Source: Nannocystales bacterium (lineage in GTDB: Bacteria > Myxococcota_A > Polyangia > Nannocystales > Nannocystaceae). From it: a stretch of 64,000 nucleotides of DNA. The translations under genes and the position numbers were made by a program. How positions within the stretch are numbered: position 1 is the stretch's first letter; every line of letters starts with the position of its first letter. The stretch spans positions 800,001 to 864,000 of the forward strand of contig JBOEGF010000018.1 in the NCBI GenBank assembly GCA_050633305.1, given 5' to 3'. Shown one piece after another: positions 1 through 9,500 of the stretch. The notes under the pieces are model-generated. The model saw only the letters and a program-made list of their open reading frames with translations, was not told the origin of the DNA and did not search any database.

Positions 1-1818
1 GTCGCGATCGGGGCGGATGGTTCGAGGGTTCTCGCGGCCAGTCAGGACGGGACGGCCTCGGTTTGGAAGGCTTCGGCTGGGGCCCCTGGACGACGGACCG
101 TGCTCGAGGCGGGGACGGAGGAAGAGCCCGCGCAGATCCTCGACATCGAAATCTCGGCGGATGGGGAGTGGGTGTTGACCGGTCATTCCAACGGCATGGC
201 GCGGCTGTGGGACCCCTCCCGCCGTATTCCCAAGCTCACCGCACTGACGATGGAGGGCCACGAGGGGGCCGTGTCACAAGTCGCCTTCACGCCCGACTCG
301 ACGCTGGCGATCACGGCGGGTGACGACAAGAAACTCAGGATCTGGAACCTCGAGGCGAAAGACCCGTCGTTGAGCGCGCCGACCTTCGACCTGCACACGG
401 CGCGGATCACCGACCTGGTGGCGGTGAGTGACCCGTCCCCGACCGGCCCACGGCGACGACTTGCCGCGACCGCGAGTGAAGATGGCACCGTGCGGACGTG
501 GAACCTCGAACGCCGCGACCACGAGCAGGACAGCAAGGTGTTCACCGTCGCGGGGGACAAGGCCACGGCCGTTGCGCTCTCGAGCGATGGTCAGGCGATT
601 CTCGGTGGCGCGAGTTCCGGCGAGGGGACTTTGTGGCCCGCACAGTCGTCCGCACCTCCGGGGGCATCCGCGGTGGGGTGGGGACACTCGAAGCAGGTTC
701 TGGCGGTCGCGGTGAACACCGTGGGCACGCGGATGGTCAGCGCGAGTGCAGACGGTACGGCCAAGCTGTGGGACCTGACCAAGCCGGGTCGAGCCGGACT
801 CCTCGCGACGCTGGCGAAAAACACTGGGCAAGTCGTGTCGGTGGCCGTGTCTCCCTCGGGCAAGTTCGTGGCGACGGGCGATAGCAACGGTGCGATTCGC
901 CTGTGGGACATCACGAAACCCGACCCCGCGGCCGACGCGATGGCGCTCGATCAACATCGCCGCGGCGTGCAGCAGATTCAGTTCACCAAAGACGGAACCC
1001 GTCTCATCTCCCGTTCGAGCGACTCGGTTTGCGTCTGGACGATCGCGCAGGACATCACCAAGACCGTCATCAAGCTCAAGCAGAAGGATGAGCTGGTCGG
1101 TTTTGCAGCGTCGGATGACGGCAAGACCCTGCTGACGGCCGGGGTCAAAGAGTTGCGGTTGTACGACCTCAAAGCCGCGGATGTTCCTGCGAGCGCCAAA
1201 GCCCTTCGTCGTGCGCACAGCCTCGATGTGCTGCGGGTCGGCATCAGTCCTGACGGTCGGTGGGCGGCGTCCTCGGCAAAAGATGCAACGCTCGTGTTGT
1301 GGGACTTGGCCAACGGCGCCAAAGCCTTGGAGATTCTCCTGCACGAGAAGCCGGTCGACGCCATCGCGTTCAGCCCGGATGGCCACTGGCTCGCGACGGG
1401 GAGTCAGGACACGACGATTCGGCTGTGGGACCTACAGAGCAGACAGCCCAACCGACGCAGTGTGAAGGTACTCGAGGGGTCCGAGCAGAGGATCAGCGCA
1501 TTGCGCTGGAGCGCTGACAGTCGCTATCTCGTCGGCGCGAGCAACGACCAGACGATGCGTGTCTACGACATGCGGCAGGAGGACCCCGCAGCCGGTGCCG
1601 TCATGCTCACCGGACATACCGGTCTGATCAGCGCTATCGACCTCAGTGAGGACGCGACGATCGTCGTCAGCGCTTCGTACGATTTGACGGCTCGGGCGTG
1701 GCCGTTGACCGCGGGCAAGTTGGTGTCCATTGGCTGCGCGCGTGCGGGCCGATCGTTGACGCCCGACGAGTGGTCGCAGGCGTTCGGCGACACGCCCTTC
1801 CGACGCGTCTGCGGGTAG
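1..1818 (+). CDS. WD40-repeat protein, C-terminal part (5' end outside window); possibly a STAND-NTPase/WD40 protein
   Basis: Frame is open from base 1 (VAIGADGSRVLAASQDGTASVW...). Many GH...WD/WN repeats. Ends in ...GCARAGRSLTPDEWSQAFGDTPFRRVCG. Confidence 0.9.
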   Translation, partial: VAIGADGSRVLAASQDGTASVWKASAGAPGRRTVLEAGTEEEPAQILDIEISADGEWVLTGHSNGMARLWDPSRRIPKLTALTMEGHEGAVSQVAFTPDSTLAITAGDDKKLRIWNLEAKDPSLSAPTFDLHTARITDLVAVSDPSPTGPRRRLAATASEDGTVRTWNLERRDHEQDSKVFTVAGDKATAVALSSDGQAILGGASSGEGTLWPAQSSAPPGASAVGWGHSKQVLAVAVNTVGTRMVSASADGTAKLWDLTKPGRAGLLATLAKNTGQVVSVAVSPSGKFVATGDSNGAIRLWDITKPDPAADAMALDQHRRGVQQIQFTKDGTRLISRSSDSVCVWTIAQDITKTVIKLKQKDELVGFAASDDGKTLLTAGVKELRLYDLKAADVPASAKALRRAHSLDVLRVGISPDGRWAASSAKDATLVLWDLANGAKALEILLHEKPVDAIAFSPDGHWLATGSQDTTIRLWDLQSRQPNRRSVKVLEGSEQRISALRWSADSRYLVGASNDQTMRVYDMRQEDPAAGAVMLTGHTGLISAIDLSEDATIVVSASYDLTARAWPLTAGKLVSIGCARAGRSLTPDEWSQAFGDTPFRRVCG

Positions 1819-1826
1819 GCGCAAGA

Positions 1827-1866
1827 AAGCCCCCACAGAACCGCTGGGCGCGATTTGTGGGGGCTT
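1827..1866. terminator. Hairpin between convergent genes, probable bidirectional terminator
   Basis: 11-bp inverted repeat aagcccccaca (1827-1837) / tgtgggggctt (1856-1866) between the stops at 1818 and 1887. Confidence 0.6.
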
Positions 1867-1886
1867 CGACACACGTTGGCGGTTGT

Positions 1887-3158
1887 CTAGCCGGGTTGCG
1901 TGGTGCTCGACGATTTCGGTGGCGAGATCGCTGACGCGCCCACGCCGAGTCGTTTGACCAGAGCTGGCAAGTCCACATCTCCGGCGGACTTGAGCTGCTC
2001 GAGCAAGCTGGCGACTTGCCCCGCGGTGTCTCCACTTCCATCGCCCACCACCGTCAGCTTGTCGACCTTGACGTTGTCGATCGTCCCAACGAGGAGGCCG
2101 ACCAAGGTCCGGAGTTTCTCCATGACGAAGATCTCGCGAGCGTTGCCTCCTGCGGCGGTCCATGCCTTGGCCAGGTGCTTCATACCGCGAGCGGTGGCTT
2201 CGCCCTCTTCCTTGATCGCGGCCACGCTTGCGCGAGCTTCGGCCTCCTTCTGCGTCTTGTAGGCTTGCGCCGGCGCAACGAGGTCGGCATCCAGCTGGAA
2301 TCGGACCTGCTCGATTCGAGCGGTTTGGACCTGCATCTCTGCACTTGCCCGGGCGATCTGGGCATCGATGGTGCTCTTCTCGCGCGCGACGGTGGCGGCT
2401 CGACGAGTCTGTGCGGCGACGATGCGCTTTTGTGCCTCTGCGTCGGCGAACCCGCGATCGGCTTTGAGCTGGGCGATCTGGGTTCGATACAGGTTCTCCG
2501 CCTCTTGGACCATGGACTTGGCCTTTTGTTCGGCCTCCGCCTTACGGGCGTCTCGGATGAGCTCCGCGCTGGGCACTCGGCCGATCGCGTCGAGGTAACC
2601 GACGTCGTCGGAGACCGTCTGAATCTTGAGGGTGTCCAAGCTCAGGCCCAGTGCCTGCAGGTCGACCTCGGCTTCTTCGATGAGCTCGGCGGCGAACTTC
2701 TCCTTGTCCTCGTTGACCTCTTGTGGCGTCAGCTTGGCGAGGACCCCACGAAGGTTGCCCTCCAGGGTTTCTCGGGCGAGCTGAACGATCTCTTGCTTCG
2801 ACTTGCCCAGCAGGCGCTCGACTGCGTTGTCGAGGCCCGGAGGGTCCCCGTCGATCTTGATGTTGGCGACCCCCTCGATGTTGAGTGGGATGCCGTCTCG
2901 GGAGTACGCCCCCTTGACACCCACGCTCACCACGATGTTCGTGAGGTCCATCGACTCGACCTTCTCGAGCAACGGGATTCGCAGACCGCGACCGCCACGG
3001 ATGGCGCGGTAGCCCACCCGCTGGTCAGCTCGGCGAGCGGGTCCAGAGAAGATCACGACCTCGGAGGGGTCGCAGATGACGAGCAGGCTGTTGATCGACA
3101 AGCCGATCGCAACGAGGGCGACAACGACGACGACGGCAATGATGATGACGGGTTCCAC
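1887..3158 (-). CDS. Flotillin-family (SPFH/band 7) protein, paralog 2
   Basis: N-terminal TM; SPFH motifs (IPLLEKVESMDL, ETLEGNLRGVLAKLTPQEVN); Ala/Glu-rich coiled coil. GTG start overlaps the upstream stop at 3158. Confidence 0.9.
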   Translation of the reverse strand: MEPVIIIAVVVVVALVAIGLSINSLLVICDPSEVVIFSGPARRADQRVGYRAIRGGRGLRIPLLEKVESMDLTNIVVSVGVKGAYSRDGIPLNIEGVANIKIDGDPPGLDNAVERLLGKSKQEIVQLARETLEGNLRGVLAKLTPQEVNEDKEKFAAELIEEAEVDLQALGLSLDTLKIQTVSDDVGYLDAIGRVPSAELIRDARKAEAEQKAKSMVQEAENLYRTQIAQLKADRGFADAEAQKRIVAAQTRRAATVAREKSTIDAQIARASAEMQVQTARIEQVRFQLDADLVAPAQAYKTQKEAEARASVAAIKEEGEATARGMKHLAKAWTAAGGNAREIFVMEKLRTLVGLLVGTIDNVKVDKLTVVGDGSGDTAGQVASLLEQLKSAGDVDLPALVKRLGVGASAISPPKSSSTTQPG

Positions 3159-4486
3159 TATCGCACCTGCCCTGTGGGGAGTTGGGGTTTCGAGGGCGGG
3201 GCCGGTCGCCGAAGCGCGGGCGCCTTCTTGGGGGCGGTGAGGATCGAGACCACGTCCACACCGACGGTGTCTCGGATGCGGTCGAAGATCTCCGAGACCA
3301 CGGCCGGGTACGAACCAACGTGGCGGGCGAGGGTCTTGCCGTCACCGCCATCGATCAGATTGACCTCGTTCACGTCGAGACGGTCGGTCACCGCGGCGAC
3401 GTCACCGATGATGCGGTCGATCTGCTGAATCAAGAAAATCTCATTTGCGTCCTCGCCCGCGGTTCGCCACGCAGCGAGCAGCGCGTCGAGGGCTTCGCCC
3501 TGGGCGCGGCCGGTCTCTGCCCGAATCGCCGCATCTCCCGACGCGCGCAACTCCTGGGCGGCACGCCGCTTGTCCGCGGGGACGACCGTCTCAGCCTCGA
3601 GTCTCAGCTTCTCAAGTCGACCTCGGATCTGCTGCAACTCCTGCTCAGCGACGGCTCGTGCTTCGAGTCCCGCAGCGATCGTCCGCTCTTCCTCGGAGGC
3701 GGCTGCAGCGTCGAGTTCTGCCTTGTGCCGCTCGAGGTCGTTGGTCTCTTCGATGATCCGGGCGTGGGACTGCTCGAGTGCGACCTTGCCTCGCATCTCG
3801 GCTGCAGAGACGATCTCATCCGCCTCTCGTTTTGCGTTCGACTCTGCGATCTCGGCGTCCTTGACGACCTCCGCGATCTTGATCCGGCTGATCGAGTCCA
3901 GGTACTGAACCTCGTCGGTCACGTGCTGGATCTTGAAGGTGTCGACGGAGAGCCCCATCTGGCCGAGGTCGTCGGCGACCTCGGACTTGAGGTTGTCAGC
4001 CAGTTTTTGCCGGTCGTGGTTGACCTCCTCCGGGGTCATCAAGGCCAACACTCCACGGAGGGTTCCTTCGAGGGTCTCCTTCGCGACAGAGCGAATCTGG
4101 TCTCGCGGTTTGCCGAGAAACCGCTCGATCGCATGGTGCACCAAGAGGTCGTCGTTGGTGATCTTCACGTTCGCCACCGCGTCGACATTGATCGGGATGT
4201 TCCCCTTGGCGTAGGCGCCTCGGATTCGAATGTCGATGGGCATGATGGTCATGTCCATCGAGTCCACTTTCTCCAGGAGCGGGATGCGAAATGAGCGACC
4301 CCCCCGCACGACACGGAACCCGACGGTGTTGCCGTCGGCCAGCGCGACCTTACGGCCCGAGAAGACCAGGACTTCGTTCGGTTTTCCGATGATCAGGAAG
4401 GTTTTGACGATGGCGATCGCCACGAGAAGCACCGCGAGGGTGCTCCCTGAGATAATGCCAACGTCGATCCATACGTTCGGGTTCAT
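3158..4486 (-). CDS. Flotillin-family (SPFH/band 7) protein, paralog 1
   Basis: N-terminal TM; IPLLEKVDSMDM; ETLEGTLRGVLALMTPEEVN; EA-rich flotillin coiled coil. Confidence 0.9.
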   Translation of the reverse strand: MNPNVWIDVGIISGSTLAVLLVAIAIVKTFLIIGKPNEVLVFSGRKVALADGNTVGFRVVRGGRSFRIPLLEKVDSMDMTIMPIDIRIRGAYAKGNIPINVDAVANVKITNDDLLVHHAIERFLGKPRDQIRSVAKETLEGTLRGVLALMTPEEVNHDRQKLADNLKSEVADDLGQMGLSVDTFKIQHVTDEVQYLDSISRIKIAEVVKDAEIAESNAKREADEIVSAAEMRGKVALEQSHARIIEETNDLERHKAELDAAAASEEERTIAAGLEARAVAEQELQQIRGRLEKLRLEAETVVPADKRRAAQELRASGDAAIRAETGRAQGEALDALLAAWRTAGEDANEIFLIQQIDRIIGDVAAVTDRLDVNEVNLIDGGDGKTLARHVGSYPAVVSEIFDRIRDTVGVDVVSILTAPKKAPALRRPAPPSKPQLPTGQVR

Positions 4487-5152
4487 TCATTCCTCCGTGC
4501 TGTAAAGGTTTTGTTCGGGCTCGATCTGTGCGCGTCCGTCTTCGTCGATCCCCAACACCAGCACGCGCGCGCCGGAGGGAAGTGCCCGAGGTTCGGGCGA
4601 GACCGCGAGCATGGTGCGCTCTCGCCCCTGGACTTGGAGCCGGATGCGGGTCACGCCGCCCTCTCGAAGGGGGAGTTCGAGTTCACCCGTGCTGCCGCTG
4701 TAGTCGCCGATGCGCACCGACTCGCCAACGGGGCGACGGAGCCAGCGAACCATCCACGCGCTCGCCGTGCCGACGCTGACCCCGGTCGCGCCACTCATCG
4801 CAGCGACCAACACGGCACCAACGCTGGTGAACTGGGTCAGCAAGGCTCCGGTCAGGCCGAAGAACGCGGAGCCAAACGTCCAGAAACGAAACGACAGCAT
4901 CGGGAGCCACAGCTTGCGCTTGCGAGGTCCCAGTCCGTGGCTCGCATCGGCGACGGTGAGGGCATGCTCTGCATCGAACTCGCCTCCGACACCAGGGCTG
5001 AGTTCCGCGACGTCGGCACCAACATCGAGGCTGCCCTCGAGGTCAGCATCCGAATCGAGGTCGGCGTCGACGTCCTTGCCGATGGCTCCAAGCGTAGAGA
5101 GACCGACGAATACCCCGCCAACGACGAGACAGCTCAGATACAGAGTCAGCAT
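4487..5152 (-). CDS. NfeD-like (YuaF/YqiJ-type) membrane protein, flotillin partner
   Basis: TM, acidic linker, two further TMs (LSFRFWTFGSAFFGLTG) and an OB-fold-like C-terminus. Abuts the flotillin start. Confidence 0.75.
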   Translation of the reverse strand: MLTLYLSCLVVGGVFVGLSTLGAIGKDVDADLDSDADLEGSLDVGADVAELSPGVGGEFDAEHALTVADASHGLGPRKRKLWLPMLSFRFWTFGSAFFGLTGALLTQFTSVGAVLVAAMSGATGVSVGTASAWMVRWLRRPVGESVRIGDYSGSTGELELPLREGGVTRIRLQVQGRERTMLAVSPEPRALPSGARVLVLGIDEDGRAQIEPEQNLYSTEE

Positions 5153-5456
5153 GGGCGAACTAGAGACGATGCGATGCCAACCGAACAGAGGCCTGCGCTA
5201 TTGCAAGCTCGTTCCATGAGCGGGCAGGGGCGACGGTAGCACCGCGGTGCACAGCAGCTGACCGGACGACGGGCTCATCCCCTGACGCCTCGCTACAGGC
5301 CTCGGAACGATGCTCAAGCCCCACCGCGGGGTCGTGCCGTGAGGGGGAGCGCTTGGGTGCGAGCGAATCGGGCGAGGTCGGAGCGCACGGAGCCGACCCG
5401 TCGCAGAGGCCCACCTACGGATGCGAGGTACTCACACCCGCTGGGCAGGCCCGCGG

Positions 5457-7307
5457 TCAGGGTTTGGCGACGGCGCCCTTGCAGTCCGGCTCCCACGGCG
5501 CGCACAAGAAGCGCACGTGGATGTGACTCAAGTGGTCCTGGGAGTGGCGGAACACGCCCTTGGAGGATGCCCGTGGACGGGGCCACTGAATCCACTCGTC
5601 GAGCTCATCCTCGGTGGCGCCCATCTCGACCGCGGCTCGATACACAAACTCCTGGTAGCGCCAGTCGAGGAATACGTATTGGACTGCGCCGGTCTTGATC
5701 AGCGCGCGGACCAGGCCCCATACGGCGTACCAATCAACTTCCTCGAACATCGGGCGACGCGGTTTTTCGCCGCCGCTGTTGAGGTACTTCTTCTTGTAGA
5801 CGCCTTTGATCGTGGGGAGCCAGATGTCGATGTCTCGGCCCGCTTGGTGCGACTTGTGGGGTCGCAAGAGACCACCGTCGCGCGCGCTGATGTCGCTGAG
5901 GATGAGCTCTCCGTCGTAGTCGACGTCTTGACGGAACGCGGCGACGGCCTCTTGCAGGTTTGAGATCGTTTGCGAGCTGCCCCACATCAGGCGCGGCGTC
6001 CTGCGGATGTACAGCGGGCTGGTGGGGAGCTGGATCCCGCCGACGAGCTTTCCGGCGTTCGGTTTTCCGATGGACACGGCGCGGCGGTCAACGGTGAACT
6101 GGGGTAGCGGCTTTCGAGGTAGCCGGGCCTTGTACGGCTTGGGATCGATCCAGATGACGACCTCGGTTCCCGGGGCCAGCTTCGCGTCAGGGTTGTAGGC
6201 CTGCAGTCGGGTGACGGGGACGTCAAATCGCGCGGCGAGCTTGGTCCACGAGTTCTCGCCCGTGTCGACTGTGTACTTGACGCGCGTCTGTGGGAGCGGG
6301 CGGCGCTTGGGCGACTTGATGAGCAGGGTCGTTTCGGCAACCAGCTCTGGCTTATCGGGGTTGAGGAAGTTCCACTGTGCGACGTCGTCCAGGCTGACGC
6401 CGTAGCGCCGTGCGACGTCCGGGAGCGTCTCGAAAGGAATCACGACGTGGTCGATGGGACTGTCGACGTCGCCGATTTCGTCGGGGCTCTCTGCGTCCGC
6501 ACTCGCGCCGCTTGGACCCTCGGGCACCACCTCCGCGAAGCCGCCAATGCCGTCGTCATCGGCCTCGTTGTCTTGCTGCCCGGTCTCTGCGGCGTCTTGG
6601 CTGGCCGCTGTCTCGGGCTCGGCGGACTCGACCTCTGACTCCGGCCACAGCAACACCGCCGCCGTGATCGCGCCGGCGAGCGCGACCACCCCCGCGCCGA
6701 CCCCCAGGAGCTGGGTCATTCGCTTGCTCCCCGCGACCTTGCGACTGGTCGCGATGAACTCGCGCTGCAGTCGACTGATCTCGGGAAGCATTCCCGGTGG
6801 CGCGTTCTTCATCCACTTGGTCGCCCGCGCGAGCTCGTCGCTCTTGAGCGCAAGGTGTGGCGGTCGCCCCTCGTACTCCCACTGCTCGGCGTACCGAAGG
6901 TAGCGGCCATGCAGTTCGCGGTACTTTCGGTTGGGTCCTGGTGTACGGACGATGGACCCACTCGGTGAGAGCAGCTCGGCGGAAGAGGGTGCTCGCGAAA
7001 CCGCGGAGGGGGTCGCGGCAGGGACGAGCTCGACCAGCGTGCTTCCGACGAAGACCCGGTCCCCCGGACGGAGGGGGGAGGGAGCGCTGACGCGTTCGTT
7101 GTTGAGGTAGGTGCCGTTGGTCGACCCGACATCGGTCAGCAACACCCCATGGGGTCCGAGGTCGAGCTGGCAGTGGCGTGATGACACCGCACCCCCGGAG
7201 AGAACCACGTCGTTGAGTGCGGCCTCGCGGCCCAGCGTGAGGCTTTGGCCTCGGAACTGCTCCGTCCTGGAGGACCCGTCGGGGGTGGTGAGCCGGACTT
7301 CGAACAT
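5457..7307 (-). CDS. FHA domain - helical linker - TM - 2x LysM - MepA-like (penicillin-insensitive) murein endopeptidase
   Basis: FHA motifs GR, SSRH, STNGT; TM LLGVGAGVVALAGAITAAVLLW; two LysM-like repeats; LAS Zn motifs HQAGRDID (Hx6D) and HIH. Confidence 0.8.
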   Translation of the reverse strand: MFEVRLTTPDGSSRTEQFRGQSLTLGREAALNDVVLSGGAVSSRHCQLDLGPHGVLLTDVGSTNGTYLNNERVSAPSPLRPGDRVFVGSTLVELVPAATPSAVSRAPSSAELLSPSGSIVRTPGPNRKYRELHGRYLRYAEQWEYEGRPPHLALKSDELARATKWMKNAPPGMLPEISRLQREFIATSRKVAGSKRMTQLLGVGAGVVALAGAITAAVLLWPESEVESAEPETAASQDAAETGQQDNEADDDGIGGFAEVVPEGPSGASADAESPDEIGDVDSPIDHVVIPFETLPDVARRYGVSLDDVAQWNFLNPDKPELVAETTLLIKSPKRRPLPQTRVKYTVDTGENSWTKLAARFDVPVTRLQAYNPDAKLAPGTEVVIWIDPKPYKARLPRKPLPQFTVDRRAVSIGKPNAGKLVGGIQLPTSPLYIRRTPRLMWGSSQTISNLQEAVAAFRQDVDYDGELILSDISARDGGLLRPHKSHQAGRDIDIWLPTIKGVYKKKYLNSGGEKPRRPMFEEVDWYAVWGLVRALIKTGAVQYVFLDWRYQEFVYRAAVEMGATEDELDEWIQWPRPRASSKGVFRHSQDHLSHIHVRFLCAPWEPDCKGAVAKP

Positions 7308-7426
7308 GCGGCGGAGATTCGGGCTTGGCTACGGAGAGTCTGCAAGCGCCTGGCCCGTGGGGGTCCGCCGAGTCGGACCACCGAGCGCTGGCTGTGTGAT
7401 GCGTGCGGACGGCATGGCTCGACCCG

Positions 7427-9385
7427 CTAGAAGGTGAAGGTATGTGTCGCGGCCTCGAGCTTGGTGGTCTTGGCGAACTTTGCGTTGGATCGGACGGCTC
7501 GCACTGCGCAGTTCTTCACGTTTGCCGTCGCGGTGCCGCCTGTTGCACGTGCGCCAAGGACGGTGCCGTCCGGCTTGATGTCGGCGCGGATCTTGACCGT
7601 CATGCCTGGGATTGCGCCTCCACATGACTTGACCTTCCCGGCTGCCTTGCCGAATCCAGCGCGCAGGTCCGCGGAGGTCAGAGCGGCCTTCGGTCCGGCC
7701 TTCTTCGGCGGCTTGCCGCCCTTCTTCTTTTTCTTCTTGCCGGACTTGGGAGGGGTGACGGCCTTGGTGGGCTCGGGCTCCGGTTCGACTTCGGGCTCGG
7801 GCTCGGGCTCCGGTTCGACTTCGGGCTCGGGCTCCGGTTCGGGCTCCGGCCGACCGATCTCGAGTCCTTCGGGCTCGGGTTCGGGTTTCGGCTCAGCTTT
7901 GGGCTCGGCCTTCTCGGTCGGGGTGACCTCGGGCTTGTCGGTCTGTGTGACCTTGTCCTCTTCGGATTCACCCCCGAGAAGCAACCACGCAGCCAGGCCC
8001 CCACCTCCGATTGCCACGATCGCGCCTGCTACGAGCAACGCCACGAACTTCCCGGTGGAGCGACTCTCGGTCGCAAACATCGTGTAGTCGCCACCGCCGG
8101 GTGCGGCCGTCGAAGGGGCGGTCTCGGGCAGGGGCGGCGACGTGGCCATCCCGGCGTGTCCTGGAGGGTTTGTGCCGACGCCACCAGGGGGCGCAACGCT
8201 GGCCGGAGCCATGTTTTGCGGCGGCACCGAAGCAGGGCGGCCCGCGGGATCCCAGCCGTGCGGACCGGGGTGGTGATTGTCGAGCCGTACGGTGCCGTAC
8301 TCGGGGTCGTAGCCGTCCTCTGGATCGAGCAGCAGCGTGCCGCCGCGCGGCTCTTCGGGTGCATGGCTCGGGGGCCGCGCATCGGGCAACCACATCGTGT
8401 TGCCGGCCCCGCCCGCATCGGGTCCGTTGTTCGGTTGGGCCTGCGCGTGGCTCACCGCCATGGGGCCCTCGTAGGCGGAAGCAGCGAGGTTTCCGTCGGG
8501 TCCGATCGCTTCGATCGCCGCGGAAAACTCCTCCATCGACTGGTAGCGGTCTTCGGGCTTCTTGGAGAGCGCCTTGACGATGACCGCTTCGACCGCAGGA
8601 CTGATGTTGGCGTCCGGAGCCTTGGTCGTGGGAGGTGTGAGCGGCTCGGTCAGGTGCTGGCTGAGCACCCGCATGAAGTTGTCCCCATCGTAGGGGACCG
8701 TGCCGGTCATGAACTCGTACAAGCAGACCGCCGCCGCGTAGACGTCGGTCCGGTTGTCCGCCGGCTCGCCACAGGCCTGCTCGGGGGCCATGTACTTGGC
8801 CGTGCCGAACACCGCGCCGGTGCGGGTGAGGCCGCCGCCGTCGCCCGACTCGGGGTCGGTGACCTTGGCGATACCAAAGTCGAGGAGCTTCACGAAGTCG
8901 CGCCCGTCAGGCTTCTTGATCAAGAAGCAGTTTGCGGGCTTGAGGTCGCGGTGGATGATGCCCTTGTGGTGTGCGGCCGCGAGCGCGCGAAGGATCTGCA
9001 CGATGAGCCCCTTCGCGCGGGGCCACGGCAGTCGCTTCTCTCGAATGAGGAGGTCGGCGAGGTCCTCGCCGTCGAGGTGCTCCATCGCGAAGAAGACCGA
9101 GCCCCCCGGGACGGGGCCGAAGTCGACGATGTCCACGATGTTCTCGTGGCCGATCATCGACGCGGCGCGAGCCTCTTGGAGGAAGCGGTCGACCTGCGTC
9201 TGATCTCGACAGAGCTCGTGGTGCAGAACCTTGATCGCCACCTGCTTGCGCAACGTGACGTGCTCGCCGAGGTAGACCGAGCCCATGCCTCCGTCTCCGA
9301 GCAGGCTCAGGACGCGGTAGCGGTCGGCGAGCGTGTGGCCGACCAGCCCCTCGGGCGTCGAGAGAATGGCGCTAGGATCTGTCAT
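7427..9385 (-). CDS. Membrane Ser/Thr (Hanks) protein kinase with Pro/Glu-Lys linker and TonB-C/AgmX-like C-terminal domain
   Basis: [41 protein letters not shown]; (EP)n and poly-K; C-terminal domain with two Cys. Start placed at ATG 9385 (9409 possible). Confidence 0.92.
   Translation of the reverse strand: MTDPSAILSTPEGLVGHTLADRYRVLSLLGDGGMGSVYLGEHVTLRKQVAIKVLHHELCRDQTQVDRFLQEARAASMIGHENIVDIVDFGPVPGGSVFFAMEHLDGEDLADLLIREKRLPWPRAKGLIVQILRALAAAHHKGIIHRDLKPANCFLIKKPDGRDFVKLLDFGIAKVTDPESGDGGGLTRTGAVFGTAKYMAPEQACGEPADNRTDVYAAAVCLYEFMTGTVPYDGDNFMRVLSQHLTEPLTPPTTKAPDANISPAVEAVIVKALSKKPEDRYQSMEEFSAAIEAIGPDGNLAASAYEGPMAVSHAQAQPNNGPDAGGAGNTMWLPDARPPSHAPEEPRGGTLLLDPEDGYDPEYGTVRLDNHHPGPHGWDPAGRPASVPPQNMAPASVAPPGGVGTNPPGHAGMATSPPLPETAPSTAAPGGGDYTMFATESRSTGKFVALLVAGAIVAIGGGGLAAWLLLGGESEEDKVTQTDKPEVTPTEKAEPKAEPKPEPEPEGLEIGRPEPEPEPEPEVEPEPEPEPEVEPEPEPTKAVTPPKSGKKKKKKGGKPPKKAGPKAALTSADLRAGFGKAAGKVKSCGGAIPGMTVKIRADIKPDGTVLGARATGGTATANVKNCAVRAVRSNAKFAKTTKLEAATHTFTF
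7771..7834. repeat. Perfect 30-bp tandem duplication encoding the [10 protein letters not shown] linker
   Basis: 7771-7800 is identical to 7801-7830 (gctcgggctccggttcgacttcgggctcgg). Confidence 0.9.
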
Positions 9386-9500
9386 GCGAGCCCGGTGAGC
9401 ATATCGCAAACGTTGTGGGACAGCACGTAACTGAACCCCTCATGGGGGCGTGGTGACTCCGCATTGGAATCGCTGTGAACGCGCCGGGGAGGAGTTGGAC

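Noticed and set aside
2016..3428. Long antisense ORFs (e.g. 2016-3428 +, 13193-14824 +, 15898-17826 +, 39854-41551 -, 58943-60346 +)
   Set aside because: They mirror well-supported genes on the other strand; expected shadow ORFs in high-GC3 DNA, with no motifs.
5201..5216. Sigma54-like TGGAACG-agc-TTGCA on the minus strand upstream of the nfeD-like gene
   Set aside because: GG-to-GC spacing is one base shorter than the strict -24/-12 requirement.
7771..7850. Pro-Glu coding repeats here and near 23050, 23630 and 25510 as a possible repeat array
   Set aside because: In-frame low-complexity linkers inside proteins, not CRISPR or mobile repeats.
9464..9489. Fourth TTGGAAT on the plus strand
   Set aside because: Followed by GGGG rather than GGTC after 15 nt, and points antisense to the flanking genes.
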